A stretch of DNA of 64,000 nt from Anthoceros angustus (taxonomy: Eukaryota > Plantae > Anthocerotophyta). Position 1 is the stretch's first letter, and each line of letters starts with the position of its first letter. The stretch is taken from contig MU008172.1 of NCBI GenBank assembly GCA_010909165.1, positions 868,001-932,000 on the forward strand. The letters are read 5' to 3'. A program made the translations under genes and the position numbers. A model generated the notes under the pieces. That model was not told the DNA's origin, ran no database searches, and saw nothing but the letters and a program-made list of their open reading frames with translations. Of the stretch, positions 9,750 through 22,289 are shown in pieces.

Positions 9750-12700
9750 CTTCCCAATGAACTCTCCTCGCCTCACGGGCCACAGACCCCTTTTCCTTGG
9801 CCACACCCTCCTTGGCCACACAGACCCCTCTCATGGAATGAACACACAGTGGCAGCGGTTGGAAAGAGGATCGGAAGAAAACCCCGCGGCTGATCTTCGC
9901 CCAGAAGCCTCCTTCCGCTGCAATCCTACCTCTTTTCGGCCACGGCCACTCACTCCCAGCGTGAGCTTGGCCACCGCCTCGACCATCCGAGATCTTCCGG
10001 CCTTCTTGTGACCAAGACGGTGCTACCAACCCGCTTGATGCGACTGACGCCTCCAATCAACCCCACTGACGGTTCGATACACGGAAGTTCACACCGAAAT
10101 CGTCTGCCTTTGAGAGACACCCAAAGGGTCTCTTATACATCCGGGTGGTCCAACACACCTCACTTTAGTGTCTAAAATTGTAGCTCCTACCACGGCGCCT
10201 TACCAATCTAAGCAACATGACTCTGGTGATGGAACTCCCTATCCTGCACGAAAAACCCGGTCCTAGGCTATCGCGACTCCCCTAAAATCAGCTGCCGCCT
10301 CGCGATTCTTTGCCTCGCCTCGGCCCATGGGGACCCCTCTCGCTCTTGACCTCGCCTCGATCGGCGATTTTCCCCACAACCTCCACCTCACTCTCCTTTG
10401 CTGAATTTCCCTCGCGCCTTCCAGCGGGCGTTGCGCCTTACCTCTATGTCCATTGTCCGCTCCTCCTCATTTGGACAACCATACTGTGCTCCTCCCTCCA
10501 TGCTCGCTGCGCCTCGCTCATCTCTTCCGGCACCACTTGCGGAGGATGGCGCCCGCTCCTACTCGAAGGAACCAGCAGTAGCGCTTTGGCGGTCAAGATG
10601 TCTGACCCGGTGGTTTACGCCCCTCATCCCAACAACCACATACGTTTAGGTGAGCACCGCTCACCATGCGGCGAGCCGGGGACATGAGCATCCTCATCCG
10701 GACGCCGTAGCACTGTCGCCCTTCGATCTGAGGTCCTTACCCTCTCCTCCGTGGACAATCCACAGGCGGTGCGTTGATTCTCGGAGATCTGTCCCTCCAT
10801 CTGCGACACTCCAGTCGGTGACTTCCCCACCTCGGTTCCCGTTCCACGGCGGTGGCTGGTTTAGCCACCGTGGTGGTTACTTCCCACGGTGGTTGCTTGG
10901 CTCTGGTACATTGCTCGGCCTTCTTGGTTTGGCCACCTCTCTCTTGACTCGGCCTAACCCGTCTCTTTCCGCTTGTACCTCTCACTTGACTTCTTGAATT
11001 TCTCCAAGGCGCCATCGCTTCCACTGCTCTGGACTCGCGAGACCTCATCTTGAAGCTCTTCAATTGTAGCATCGCCCCTTGACTGATTTACTAAAGCTTC
11101 TGAGTGGACATGTCCCTCGCTCCTGTGCCTTGCATAAGGCCGCGCCTCCGTCTGCGCTCCTCGGCCGCCTTGCTCTCGCCTTCCGGGCTTTCCAACTTCT
11201 CCTTGAGCAACTTCTCCTGGCCTTGCACACTCGGCGGTGTGAGCCATGGTCGCTTGATCGAGGAGATCACTGCGTCATGCCATGGCAGTCAAACCACCAA
11301 ATCCCCAAATTGGGCTGTCCCTTGCCCATCCGCCTCCACAACAATTCTCGTGTCTGCGGTGTCTCCTATCCCCACCTCGGTAGGACGGTTCGGTGAAATG
11401 TCGCCAAAAATGTCCAGCTCGTTGCGGTCTCGGCTGAAGTTAACCCCTCCTCTCCCTGGGGTTGATGCCTTGCCTCTTCCCCGCTTCATTCTCCCCTAGC
11501 GGCGATTCATCCCCCACGGAGGAGCAACTTGCCATTTCCCTTTATTTTCTCCTCCTTTACAGCGTTCCTGCTTTAGTCTTGACACAGTGACCACAGGTGT
11601 GGTGGTTCCTCCTCTTCTGGCTCCTCCCTCCATGCTCGCCTCGCGCCTCATCTCTTCCAAAGACCACTTATGGAGGATAGGCGCCCGCCCTACTCAAGGA
11701 ACCATCGTAAACGCCTGTGGCCAAGATGTACACCAAGAGTTTCCGCCTCCCCGCCCCAACAACCACATACGTTTAGAGTGAGCACCCACCATGCAGTGTG
11801 TGACATGAGCATCCTCATCCGGACGCCGTAGCACAATACGCCTTCCGACATGTAGGTCCTTACCTCTCCTCCGTGGACAATCTCGGCCGGCTTGATTCTC
11901 CAGAGATCTCCCTCCATCTGCGACACTGCGGACTTCCCCACCTCGCCTCGCTCCACGATTTGGTCGGTTTAGCCACCGGTGGTTGCTTCCACGGTGGTTG
12001 CTCGCCTCGCGGGTCGCCTTTCTGCTTGGCCACCTCTCTTGACTCGCCCTAGCTTCGCCTCTTTCCCGCTTGTACCTCCGCCAGCCTTCTTGAATTTCTC
12101 CAAGGCGCCATCGCCCACCGCCTCGACTCGCGAGACCTCATCCCAAGCTCTTCAATTGTAGCATGCGCCCTTGACCCGACTAAAGGCCTCCTCCGAGTGG
12201 ACATGTCCCTTAACCGCCTCCCTGCCTTGCATAAGGCCGCTCACCCGTCAAGGCCTCGGCCGCTTTGCTCGCCTTCCTGTGCTCCAACTTCTCCTTGAGC
12301 AACTTCTCCTGCTATTTTGCACACTCACCAAGTGAGAGCCATGGTCGCTTGATCGAGGAGATCCGCCTGCGCTATGGTCAAGTCAAACCTCGAAAATCCC
12401 CAAATTTGTCCCTTGCCCATCCGCCTCCACAACAATTCTCAGATGAGTGGTGTCTCCTATCCCCACCTCATGACAAAATGTGTCGCCAAAAATGTCCGGA
12501 GTCTGGGTCTCTCACTGGGTTAACCCCTCCTCTCCTAGGGGTTGGTCCACACGCCTTCCCCGCCTCATTCTCTAGCGGCAGCGATTCATCCTGCACTGAG
12601 GGGAGCAACTTGCCATTTCCCTTTATTTTCTCCTCCTTACCTGCTCGCTGCCTTCGACTGTGACCCCGGTGGCTGGGTTCCTCCTCCGCTGCCTCTCCTT

Positions 12701-13300
12701 CGCCGATCCCTGCTCGACTGCTGCCGCCTTCGCTTCTTACCCTTGGAAACTTCCCCCCTCTTAGAACCTTCGAGGCGCACTCCCAAGCTTTGGAATCCTT
12801 GCAGAATCCTCCTTCAATTCCTCCTCTTCTACCTTGGGTTCCACGGCCCCAGCCATGCGGCGGACCACTTCAACTCGTTAAACACCGGAATGCGCAAATA
12901 CATGAATCGAAAAGGCGAAATCAAGGAGGGCCGAGGGAAGAGAGTAAATTCGCCTTCTCCTCCACAGGCTCTTTGAAAATCATCCTCCCCAATCAATTTG
13001 TGTACCCTTGACCACCTCGTGAAGAAAAACCAAGAAGTGATCCGCCATATGATCCGACTTAGGTTACAGAAACACAAAATCCATTTGGCCAATCCCACCA
13101 TTGTGAACACGAGTTGGCGAGTCACCCCGACCATTGTTCACTCTCACTTCCCAGGCTTCATGGCGCCTGCTGCGGCTTTCAAGGTCTTCTTTCGGTCAAT
13201 CACCAAGCTCCCATCCTCGATGCTTCTCGCCCCACACTCGAAGAGGCCAAATCCAGTTCTGCGGCCTTTCCTCGCGTCACCCTCTTGCGACTTGGTCCTT
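9750..13300 (-). pseudogene. Frameshifted ORF inside the 5-kb insertion, resembling the accessory (Transposase_28-like/coiled-coil) ORFs of plant Gypsy elements
   Basis: Protein-like blocks FTRWSRVHKLIGEDDFQRACGGEGEFTLFPRPSLISPFRFMYLRIPVFNELKWSAAWLGPW and coiled-coil ATIEELQDEVSRV...GALEKFKKS...EVQAE. The family assignment is inference. Confidence 0.45.
10380..12690. repeat. Imperfect tandem duplication of about 1.2 kb inside the 5-kb insertion
   Basis: Shared blocks, e.g. CCCAACAACCACATACGTTTAG at ~10627 and ~11756, and GAATTTCTCCAAGGCGCCATCGC at ~10996 and ~12092. Confidence 0.85.
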
Positions 13301-13900
13301 AATTGCAGGCGCACTCTTGCACCAATGCGGTACATCGTAGCACCATTTCTTCTCCATGAACTTGAGCTCACACGGTGCCGGCTCTCACTTTCCGATGGTC
13401 CATGTTGGGCCCTGCGTGAGTGAGATTTGGCCGCTCGGGCGCCATCTCCTTCTCGTTGTTTCCCAAAACAAAACCTCGACTACCCTTTTGGTGGAAGAGA
13501 AAAAAAATCGAGCGCCCCTCGCGCTCCTTCCGCCTCCTCGCGAACTTGCGGGCGCACTCTTGCACCAATGCGTGTGTAGCACCATTTCTTCTCCATGAAC
13601 TTGAGCCCGGCTCACGGTGCCGGCTCTCACTTTCCGATGGTCCATGTTGGGCCGCTGCGTGAGTAGATTTCGGCGCGGCTCGGGCGCCATCTCCTTCTCG
13701 TTGTTTCCCAAAACAAAACCTCGACTACCCTGCAGTTACGGTGAAGAAAAAAAAAAATCGAGCCCGCCTCGCGCTCCTTCCACGCCTCCTCGCGAACTTG
13801 CGGCGCCGATTTCTCTCCTCCGCGCCCGCTCTGTCACGATCGTCGCGCCTTCCTCCTGCAGGCGAGGCGGTGATTTGGCTGGCGTGTATGGCGCCCCTCT
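13290..13900. repeat. About 240-bp imperfect tandem repeat, 2-3 copies
   Basis: GCGCACTCTTGCACCAATGCG...CTCACTTTCCGATGGTCCATGTTGGGCC...CCCAAAACAAAACCTCGACTACCC recurs at ~13310 and ~13552, with a partial third copy. Confidence 0.85.
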
Positions 13901-16900
13901 TCTGCCCTCGCTCCACGCCCCTCACGGAAAGTCGCGACCTCGTGATCTTGGGTGTGCCCTTCTCCCGATTCGCTCCGTGGTAGTCGCTCCGCCACTAGGG
14001 TTGTAAATTCCCCACAGTGCATGCGTCCGTTTCTCGGCCACCGTGGTGGAACTAGCCACCACCCCACTTGACTACAAGCGTGGCATATTGTGAGCATCCC
14101 TAGCATATATAGACACCTTTTATTCTAAAATTCCCAATACCCAAGGACTCTATTTCTACCCCACCCTCCGGGTCAAACCTAAGGGTCGAAAAATTATTAT
14201 TATCTCCAAGGGCCAAGGACCATTCCGTGATAAAAGACCCGACTCGACGATTCTCAAAGCACTGCTATTCTAACACATCCAAAACAAAAAAAATCGTTCA
14301 CCCTGACACTTGAGAGCGGGGTTAGTGCACATGTGGTCTTCCACAACATTCGTTCCTCATACCTACATACAGTTTACATATCAGCCAGTAGCCAAAAATT
14401 TCAATGACTATAAGTCACATATAAAGGTACAGACATACTGGACATAATTTCCGCCTGAATCTGATCCAAAGGAGAAGTCCTTGATTAGAAGATTGTGCAA
14501 CTCCTCTCCACCACGAACACCAAACCGATTCATACAAAAGTATGCACACTTGCACCATTAAACAACTTGAGCTCAGAAGCAGCATATCTTCAACATAATC
14601 AAAAGTGCAGAGTAGACACAAACCTCTTCTGAGCGCCACGTCCAAATGAAAACTGATGGTCCCTGTGGGCAAGGATCCTCCGCTCGTCATCATCAGAGAT
14701 GATTTTCACCTCCTTCCGGCAAGATACAACTCCAAGGTCCTTGCTGATCTTCATCGAGGCAACCAGGGCAGCCTGTGGCCCATGAAATATACCATGGAAC
14801 ATATTGATAATAGGAACATCACAACCCAAACGGCTATGATCGAGCACACACTTTCTCATGAGAATTCGATTGAACCCTCAAAAGAAGGACATCAACCTGA
14901 AAATAAAAAAAGCTTAGTTGCTAGTATAGCAAGAGACGAAAAACACAATAGGGGAAACACACTTACGTTTCTAGAGAGAACATGGAGTTGTCCTTCAAAT
15001 TGCGCACTTGGTGGAAGAAGGGTATAAGAATCAAGTTAAGATCCCTATGGGGGATATCCTCTACTACTCTATTCCAACCCTTGACACCACTAACTTTCAT
15101 GAAAGCTTTTAGTCTACTACGACACCAATTGTTTTGACGCTTAGACTTATCCTCACCACCACTCAGGGCATCAACAACAGCACCATCAGGAACAGAAGGG
15201 TCAAACCCTTGCTCTCTAAAATTAGCTTCATCCTCAATCTCTTCAACGCCCATTGCAAAATCATCTTCCGGGCACATCTCCGCATCTCAGTCTTTCAAAC
15301 ATATCAAGACACTCTTGATCAGGCACCACTTTAGGATGGAGGACAACCAAAGGCATCGAGAACTCACCTGAGGTTGCGGGGCTGCTGGTTGCTCTGCCTG
15401 GCGCCCGAGACACTTCCAGACATGCCTTGGCAGCATCAAGGACCATGGTGTCATTAGTGATCAAATGATCATTTTCACCAACAAAGACTACTCCCCTCTC
15501 AGAAACAGGAACATAGTTAGTGATCTATGATAACGGGCCTTCCACCAAAGGAACAGGTCGGGTGTCAAGACGTCTTCTCTTTTGAGCAAACTCGGCTGCG
15601 CGTCGAGCAGCCACTTTAGAGGAAAACCGCCTTGGTAACTTTGGACAATTCTTCACTAGTACCAAATATGTTCCCTCACTATGGACAAGAACGCCATCAA
15701 TTTTATCGTCATCATTCAGAGGGTGAGTAGCAATATGTGCAATGGCAGACTTGACACGTTGTCTTGTGAAGGGCTTTGACATGACTTCAGACATAGGTAC
15801 ATGTTTCTTCCCCGGTCTAGCAGGTCCAGTAGGTTTCCTTCTTGGAGCCATCTGAAAAAAAGAATAAAGTAAGACAAGCACTACAGGAACACACAGCAAA
15901 AATGTAAAACAGCACTGTTAGACTTACTTGTGAAAAACAGAATTCGAGATAAAACCGCTGGAAGGTTTAGAAATTGATGATCAAATGATCGAGGCAAAAG
16001 CAAAGGCGATGGTAACAATTGTGACAACAAAAACATATGACGGCGACACCTATGATTTTCTCCTTCGCTTTTTGATGAAAATGCAATAGATAGACATCTT
16101 CCACCTTATTATTCTGAACATGGACGCACTCAAGAAACGCATTCCAATACAATTAACACAAAAAGTGATTAAAACAGTTGACCTCCAAATAGCAAACAAT
16201 AAAACACAAAAGAACATTTGCAAATTCAACGGGCTTCAGGCAACAAACACATATCAAGACTCAATTTTGAAAGGTTTCCCCCAAAGGATTTGAAGCGAAC
16301 CCTCCCAAACGTTGCAATCACCTGCAACAAAAGTAACATTCAATTAATTGAAATATAAATACATGATAAAGCGCCATCTCCTACAAATCACAAGATTGCT
16401 TGCTAACTGCAAATCTAGACATAGACCATGACTTACAGTAGAGGGCACACACAGATACACAATAGAGTAGCTCACAGTTGCCTCAGACACGGCAAAAAAA
16501 AACCTGAGACATACAATTTTTTTACATAAACAGTTAGAGAAATGATGCACACATAGTAAAAAGAAAACATTATAGCAGACAAGTCTAAGAATGACGAGCA
16601 CTAGACAATAATTGTTTCAACGATCTTAAAAAATGCGAGCATTACAAAACGTCACTAAGCGCATAAAAACCAGACCACCAGTCTTCAACGAGTTCAAAAA
16701 AAACATACTGATTGTAAGCAAGCAAAGGACAAATCTTTCAAGATTAAACAGTTTCAGCATTTCAGCATTTGCACGAGAAATCAGTGGGCAAAAACACAGA
16801 AGTGAAACCAGCTAACAAAAGTAACTTAAGGTGGACAGGAGACAGGACAACACTATGAAGAGTACACGAGACAGGACACACTAGACATACCCTATATCAT

Positions 16901-18552
16901 GGCACATAGAAAGACACCGACCTGAACTCAAATTTTTTCTTCATACACAGGAACATGGTAAAAACTTAGTAAGAAAACAACTACAATGCGAGACTGTGAA
17001 CCATAAATAGCGAAGAAACGATGGCAAAACGTTGCAAGGAAAAATTAGGTGACACAAATATCAAACAGCACACTAACTCTAATCGTAAGCATGCAAGACA
17101 TTGGAAACAAAGGGACATCAACACAAAGAATAAAAAGCGACCAAAAATATTCACAAAAAAGAAACACACAACAGACAAGAACCAAATACCAAAAGTAAAT
17201 TCTAAAACTGAAATACTGATTACTGCAATCAAAGTGAAACAGCTTAGAACCTGAGACACAACCAGCTACCCAGTTGAGTAATGAAAACAGATGTTTTTGT
17301 GCACAAGTGTCGCCGATCAAAATGTTTCCAAGTTACGTCCAGACCTGTCCCACCCGCCCACACACTTCTGCAAAGGCGGACAAGGCGCACAGTAAAAAAA
17401 GCAAACACGACTACCAAAGATTGTTTACTCACAGAAACAACAGACCAACACAACCACATAGAAGAAACCAGATTTTCAGCTTAGCCAAACCTCATTGTAA
17501 GAGCAAAAGACAATACATGGAAAAACGCAAACTACAATTACTATCTGTGCTTCAATAACTTACGAATCAGTCATACAATCCCACATTCACGACGATGAGA
17601 CGCCACCTATTACTTCCCAGTGTTTTAGCCAATGGCTAAGCATTGACGGGAGGGTAACAAAGTACAAAACTAATAGGCAAGGGTATTCTAAGTCTGCATA
17701 TATTTCAAGGAAACACAAGGAAAGGATCAAAACTGACAAAATTTATGAAAGAAAGCACTGAACAACAATGGAAAACATGCAGCAAAAGAAAGACACAAGA
17801 TAGAAAGTACATGCAAACAACGTTACTGGAAGACACGACAGAAAACAAAATAAGACAAGCGCGTGCGAAACAACCTACAGAGTCCAAACATAAACACTAA
17901 AAGAAACAAACACTTGCAGACTCAAAAGACCATTGGTCACTATCAGTTTGGAACAGTTGTTTAAACAGACCTAGTATACTCTTCGTTCTTACTTCCAGTA
18001 ATGTCTGCAACATAATGAGCCAGCACTTTACTGAAAGAAAACCGACAGAGTAAGAAACAGAAGTTTGTACCTACAAAGATTTTCAGTCAAGTGTTTGCAA
18101 GCAACAAACAGAGAATAGCAACATTAAAGAACAGAACATGCGAACACTGAGCACAAAACTACTAACCGATAACACGACAAGACAACATAAGCAACAGAAA
18201 CGTCCAACAAACAGAATCGGTACAGAGAACCTTGTAAGGACCATCGGTCCAACAAGAACCTTGATAAGAGACAACGAAAACTTCACAGCATACATAAACA
18301 AAACCAGATCACAGAAAGCTGTGAATACAAGCAACCACTTCGCCATACACATACAAAGAAGCCATAGTAACGCAAAGGGTAAGCAAGCGCTAAAAAGCAC
18401 TACAGTTGTAGCAATCAGTCACAGCGCCGAAAGCGCAAGAAACAGGCAACCGATACCGCGAAACAAACTACAGATAACAACAGAGCCTCGAGGACAGAAG
18501 GCGTACACAAATGCACAACGATGAAGAGGCAAAGAACTTTAAACTATTATAG

Positions 18553-18836
18553 ACCTTGGCCTTCGGTGCCGAAAAACACCTTGGCCTTCGGACAAAACAC
18601 AATCCTTGGCCTTCAAAGGAAAATCTTGAGCTTCGGAAGAAAAAGGCCCCTTGGCCTTCGAAAGGAACCTTCGGAACACAGAAACAAAAGTACCTTGGCC
18701 TTCGAAACAAAGATAGAAGACCTTAGCCTTCGAACAACCAGAAGAAGGCCTTAGCCTCGGAGAAGACCTAAAACAACCTTGGCCTTCGACAAAACAAGCG
18801 GGCTGAAACTTTGGAGCACAACCTACCACCTTGGCC
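18553..18836 (-). repeat. Dispersed array of about 9-10 copies of the motif CCTTGGCCTTCG
   Basis: Copies at about 18554, 18588, 18605, 18649, 18693, 18721, 18749, 18777 and 18829, separated by variable A-rich spacers. Confidence 0.85.
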
Positions 18837-18875
18837 GGACAGGGAGGAATAAAGACCTCAACCTTTCAAGAAGCC

Positions 18876-18900
18876 CTTTATATAGGCATGCAAACCCTAG
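18876..18900 (-). promoter_or_regulatory. TATA box (CTATATAAAGG on minus) with adjacent telo-box (AAACCCTAG); candidate promoter of the leftward transcript
   Basis: Motifs seen at 18876-18885 and 18892-18900, upstream of a T/G-skewed 3-kb leader and the recombinase ATG. Confidence 0.45.
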
Positions 18901-19199
18901 ACGTTCTCCCTCTGTTGGCGCCACCACTCTCTCTCTACCAAAGCTCATTTGAATTTACCAAACCTAAGATTCCAAGCCGACTACCAAACCTACCTAGCAA
19001 CGCCATTCGCTGCCGCCACCGCCCTGCTCAACCAAACCTAATTTTTTATCTTCCAAACCTAGCCTGACAAAACCAAACCTGGTCTCCAAACCCGAAGCAG
19101 CGGGGCATAGGATAAAGCTGCCATCAAATCACAGCCTGCCACAAACGCACCACCGTCGAACCATTTGGAAACCTAGTTTGTGAGTACTTAAAGAGACTC

Positions 19200-19560
19200 C
19201 TTCGAGGCAACCGTGCCCTATTACTTTTCACGCCGCCAGGCTCTGCAGTTGTTGCTGGCGTCCTCACGGTGGTTCTGGTCTTGACGGAGGTCCTCGAGCT
19301 CGGCGTTCAAGCGGTCGGCGGTAGTTCTGGCTTTCACCTATCTGCCTTGCAATCGGCGTCCTGGTGCTCGGCGGAGGTTCTTGCGGTAGTCGGAGGTTCT
19401 AGAGATCGGCGCTGGTGGTTTGGCGGAAGTTCTGAGTGAGCAGAGGTTCTGCCACTCAGCTGCTTGCAAAAGAGCGTCTTGGGCGGTTTTGAAGAAGTCT
19501 TCAGAGAATCGGCCAGTCTTTCATAGCGCCCAACGTCGTGGGCTAACGATGAGCCAGGTA
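19200..19560 (-). pseudogene. Short decayed coiled-coil-like ORF fragment
   Basis: EDFFKTAQDALLQAAEWQNLCSL...KARTTADRLNAELEDLRQDQNHREDASNNCRAWRREK, broken by stops and frameshifts. Confidence 0.3.
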
Positions 19561-20198
19561 CTACCCGCAACGCCTTGCCCTTGCTGCTGAGGGGCCTTTC
19601 GGTCCCCTTTTGTTTTTTTGCTTTCTGGGTATTTGGGCATCTTGGGCTCCTCTTGATTTTGGGCTAACCCCCTGGTTGTCTCATGAGGAAAACGTTTCTA
19701 ACTTCTTTGTTGTTTAGCTGCACAGCGTCCTCTTACTCTCAGCGCATCTTGCGCCAGCACACCGTGACCCAGTGCCTTGCCATTCAGTCATCATCCGCAA
19801 CTGACATGTAACCAGTGCAAGGTACTCCCCACCACGCCAGACAAGCTGATTAGTGGTCTTGTTTAAACTTTGTCCTAACACCTCAGTTCCTGTCCAGGTG
19901 CAAACACTGAAGCCATTCTCACTGAGCAACAATACCAACCAGCAAGGTAAATCTCAATGACCTGTATGCTTGCCGTATGTAACAAAGATGGGTCCGGTGG
20001 AAAGTGTGCGGTGTTAGCTCATAATTTGAGAGTCACTGCATGTTGGTTTTGGCAGCCACAGACAGCAGTAGCAGTCTTTATCCTTTAGTTCTTTTTACCT
20101 TCTTTAACTCTGGGCACTGATTTTCTTTAAGCACTAGTCCCTGTTGCTGCGATCTACTGCATGAGTGGAACCAACATTTCAAGAACAGGCCTGCCCTG

Positions 20199-20296
20199 CA
20201 ATTTTGTCAGATTAACTCTGTTGCATGATAGCCAATTTTTGTCAGATTAACTCTCTTGCATGATAGCCAATTTTTGTCAGATTAACTCTGTTGCAT
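20199..20296. repeat. 35-bp tandem repeat, about 2.8 copies
   Basis: Unit CCAATTTTTGTCAGATTAACTCTGTTGCATGATAG. Confidence 0.9.
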
Positions 20297-20466
20297 ATTG
20301 TATGATGTCAGTACAACAAGTGCAATACGCCAAGAACCATAGAAGAAGGTTACGACTTCAGGTAGCCTTCTTTCTTTGTTTTTCTTCCCTTTGGCGATGA
20401 GTTTTGTACGGTCAAGATGCATTAATACAACTGTCTGATCAAAACAGTTTCCGTTTCTCGTTCAGG

Positions 20467-21970
20467 ATGGAATCGGACAACGAAAGCAACAATGATAAGC
20501 TTGAAATCGAAGAAGGTAATCGTGTAGGTTGTTTGATTGATATTTTGAAATCATGGCTGAAATCTTATTTTACAGAGAGCGACCACAGGAGCTTAAAGCG
20601 ACCAAACATTGATAGTTTGCGATCAGACAAACATGTTCCCACCCGTGGGGATCCAAGATATGGCACCAGACTCGAGATTGAACTTCCATTTCTCGAAATT
20701 CGAAAAATCGTTGAAAAAGGTACCTTGATTCGCAAGAGCATGGTTAGCGATTTTAGGTTTCGTAACTAACTGTTTAGAAACTGTTTCAGTTATTTCAGAG
20801 CACACCATGTTCTTATCCATTAACAAACAAAACTTGCGACGTGCATGCCCAACTTAACAAAATATAAAAGGTAAATACATTATCACAAATTTTTTTCGCA
20901 GCACAAAGCCTTGTCAGGATGCTAGGAAGGTTTATCTAATTTGGCGTTTTACAGGATTTTAAAAAAAAATCTTTGAACAACTGCTCAGTTAGAACTTGAG
21001 ACCATGACTCTTGTCGAGAGGTCCAACGGACATCAAATCTCAATTCAGTCCATATTGGAGGTATGCCATCCAAGTTCACAGTTTCACTCACACAAGTGAA
21101 TTCAAATTGAATAATAGTTTTTCCATCTATTTATCAATATTTACAGAATGCTGGAGAACAAGCAATTGCTGCTAAGGAAATCAAAGATAAGATAGACGCA
21201 ATTGACGAAAAAATTGATCTTTCAGCTATATCAATTCAGGTTCGCTTAAATCAGTCTAAAATATCATCTTTTACATCACACATTTATGCCCGTTACCAAT
21301 ACTAATTTTCTCATTTTGTAGGGCAAGAAAAGAAAAATAAATGACTCCGAGGACAACGCACCAACATACGGCCCTTCAACAGAGTTTACTGAGTACGGCA
21401 AATGGATGAACAACTTTCAATATCCTAAAATGTTCCAAGATTTCAAGAACACTTATGTTCCAATTTGGGAGCATATTCTTAAAGACCCAGCACAACCAAT
21501 CCTAAATGAAGATGGGAGCACGCCAACATTCCAAGAGTATATGGAAATCCAAAGAAGTAAGATCTTGTGGGTTTTTTTTTCGTTGTTGTCTTCTTGATAG
21601 TGTATAATTTCAATTTTTTGTACGCAAAAATATCAGTCGCTATTCAAAATAAGGACCTAAAAACTACAGACTTGATGTCTCTCATGCAAGATCCGGAGAC
21701 AACAAAAAACATCCAAAAGGTATTTCAATTTGGAATTTATTTTGCAATCAAAATAACAATTCTAACATTTGTTCCTTCCAGAATGTAGAATCACACTTTC
21801 GCAGTGTGGGGAATCTTCACAGCACCTGCTTAACATTAGTAAAAAAGGTATATGCAAAGCAGGATCTACTTCGACTTGAAATGGAGGTAAGTTATTAATC
21901 TCATTATATTTTCTTTTGTAGCTATCCAAGAACCAAAGCGAGTTATTCGCACTGTTTGAGATTAGTATTT
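20467..21970 (+). CDS. AT-rich multi-exon hypothetical gene or pseudogene, divergent from the Crypton-like recombinase
   Basis: Protein-like exons bounded by GT/AG: MESDNESNNDKLEIEEG..., AGEQAIAAKEIKDKIDAIDEKIDLSAISIQ, GKKRKINDSEDNAPTYGPSTEFTEYGKWMNNFQYPKMFQDFKNTYVPIWEHILKDP, VAIQNKDLKTTDLMSLMQDPETTKNIQK, NVESHFRSVGNLHSTCLTLVKKVYAKQDLLRLEME. Confidence 0.55.
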
Positions 21971-22289
21971 GAAAGTAAAAAAGTCTACATCAAATATTTA
22001 CAGATTCTCACAGTTGACTTCTGGTTGCAGAAATATTCTCGATTCGACGAGATTTTTGAAATGATAAATTTCCTATTTGGAGCTTACAACATCTCGAAGA
22101 AGAAATTACAGCACCAAAATCACCAGTATACACCCCATCTACATCGGTAGAATATGTGTGAAAACCGAAAACTGAATTAACATGAACACTTGTTATGAAG
22201 TACGAAAGTAGAAACAATGAGAGATTTCTACACTCGAAGAGAGAGGAAGACGAAGTATAGACTGGGTGTGTATGGCAACAACTCTTAAA

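Larger units (their letters stand above)
9346..14345 (-). mobile_element. 5,000-bp insertion with TGTGGAA...TTCCACA ends and a 5-bp TSD (ACATT); solo-LTR-like, carries a decayed ORF
   Basis: ACATT at 9341-9345 and 14346-14350. 7-bp terminal inverted repeat starting with TG. Excision restores the recombinase frame (TAT GAG GAA CGA ATG TCT AAA AAT). No second LTR, PBS, RT or integrase seen inside. Confidence 0.88.
8588..15851 (-). mobile_element. Crypton-like (DUF3504-type) tyrosine recombinase gene, spliced, interrupted by the 9346-14345 insertion and by frameshifts
   Basis: Reconstructed protein: LIPFFHQVRN; ASMKISKDLGVVSCRKEVKIISDDDERRILAH; YFCMNRFGVRGGEELHNLLIKDF (R at 14513-14515); YEERM|SKNYK across the insertion; AWYAKLRVSKVSLPFYIKTMA; GLKGYYSNKSYRVTMIT (R at 8977-8979); LLAHKMMPGFSR|YDRS (H at 8918-8920, Y at 8822-8824). 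The R..K..xxxR..H..Y order matches tyrosine recombinases. Confidence 0.82.

Noticed and set aside
16344-18524. Several hydrophobic (minus) and Lys/Thr/Gln-rich (plus) ORFs
   Set aside because: Explained by the strong A/C versus T/G strand skew; low complexity with no motifs.
18553-18836. CCTTGGCCTTCG motif with variable spacers as a CRISPR or coding repeat
   Set aside because: The repeat is only 12 bp with irregular spacing, and the EGQG/SKAK-repeat ORFs are short and inconsistent in frame.
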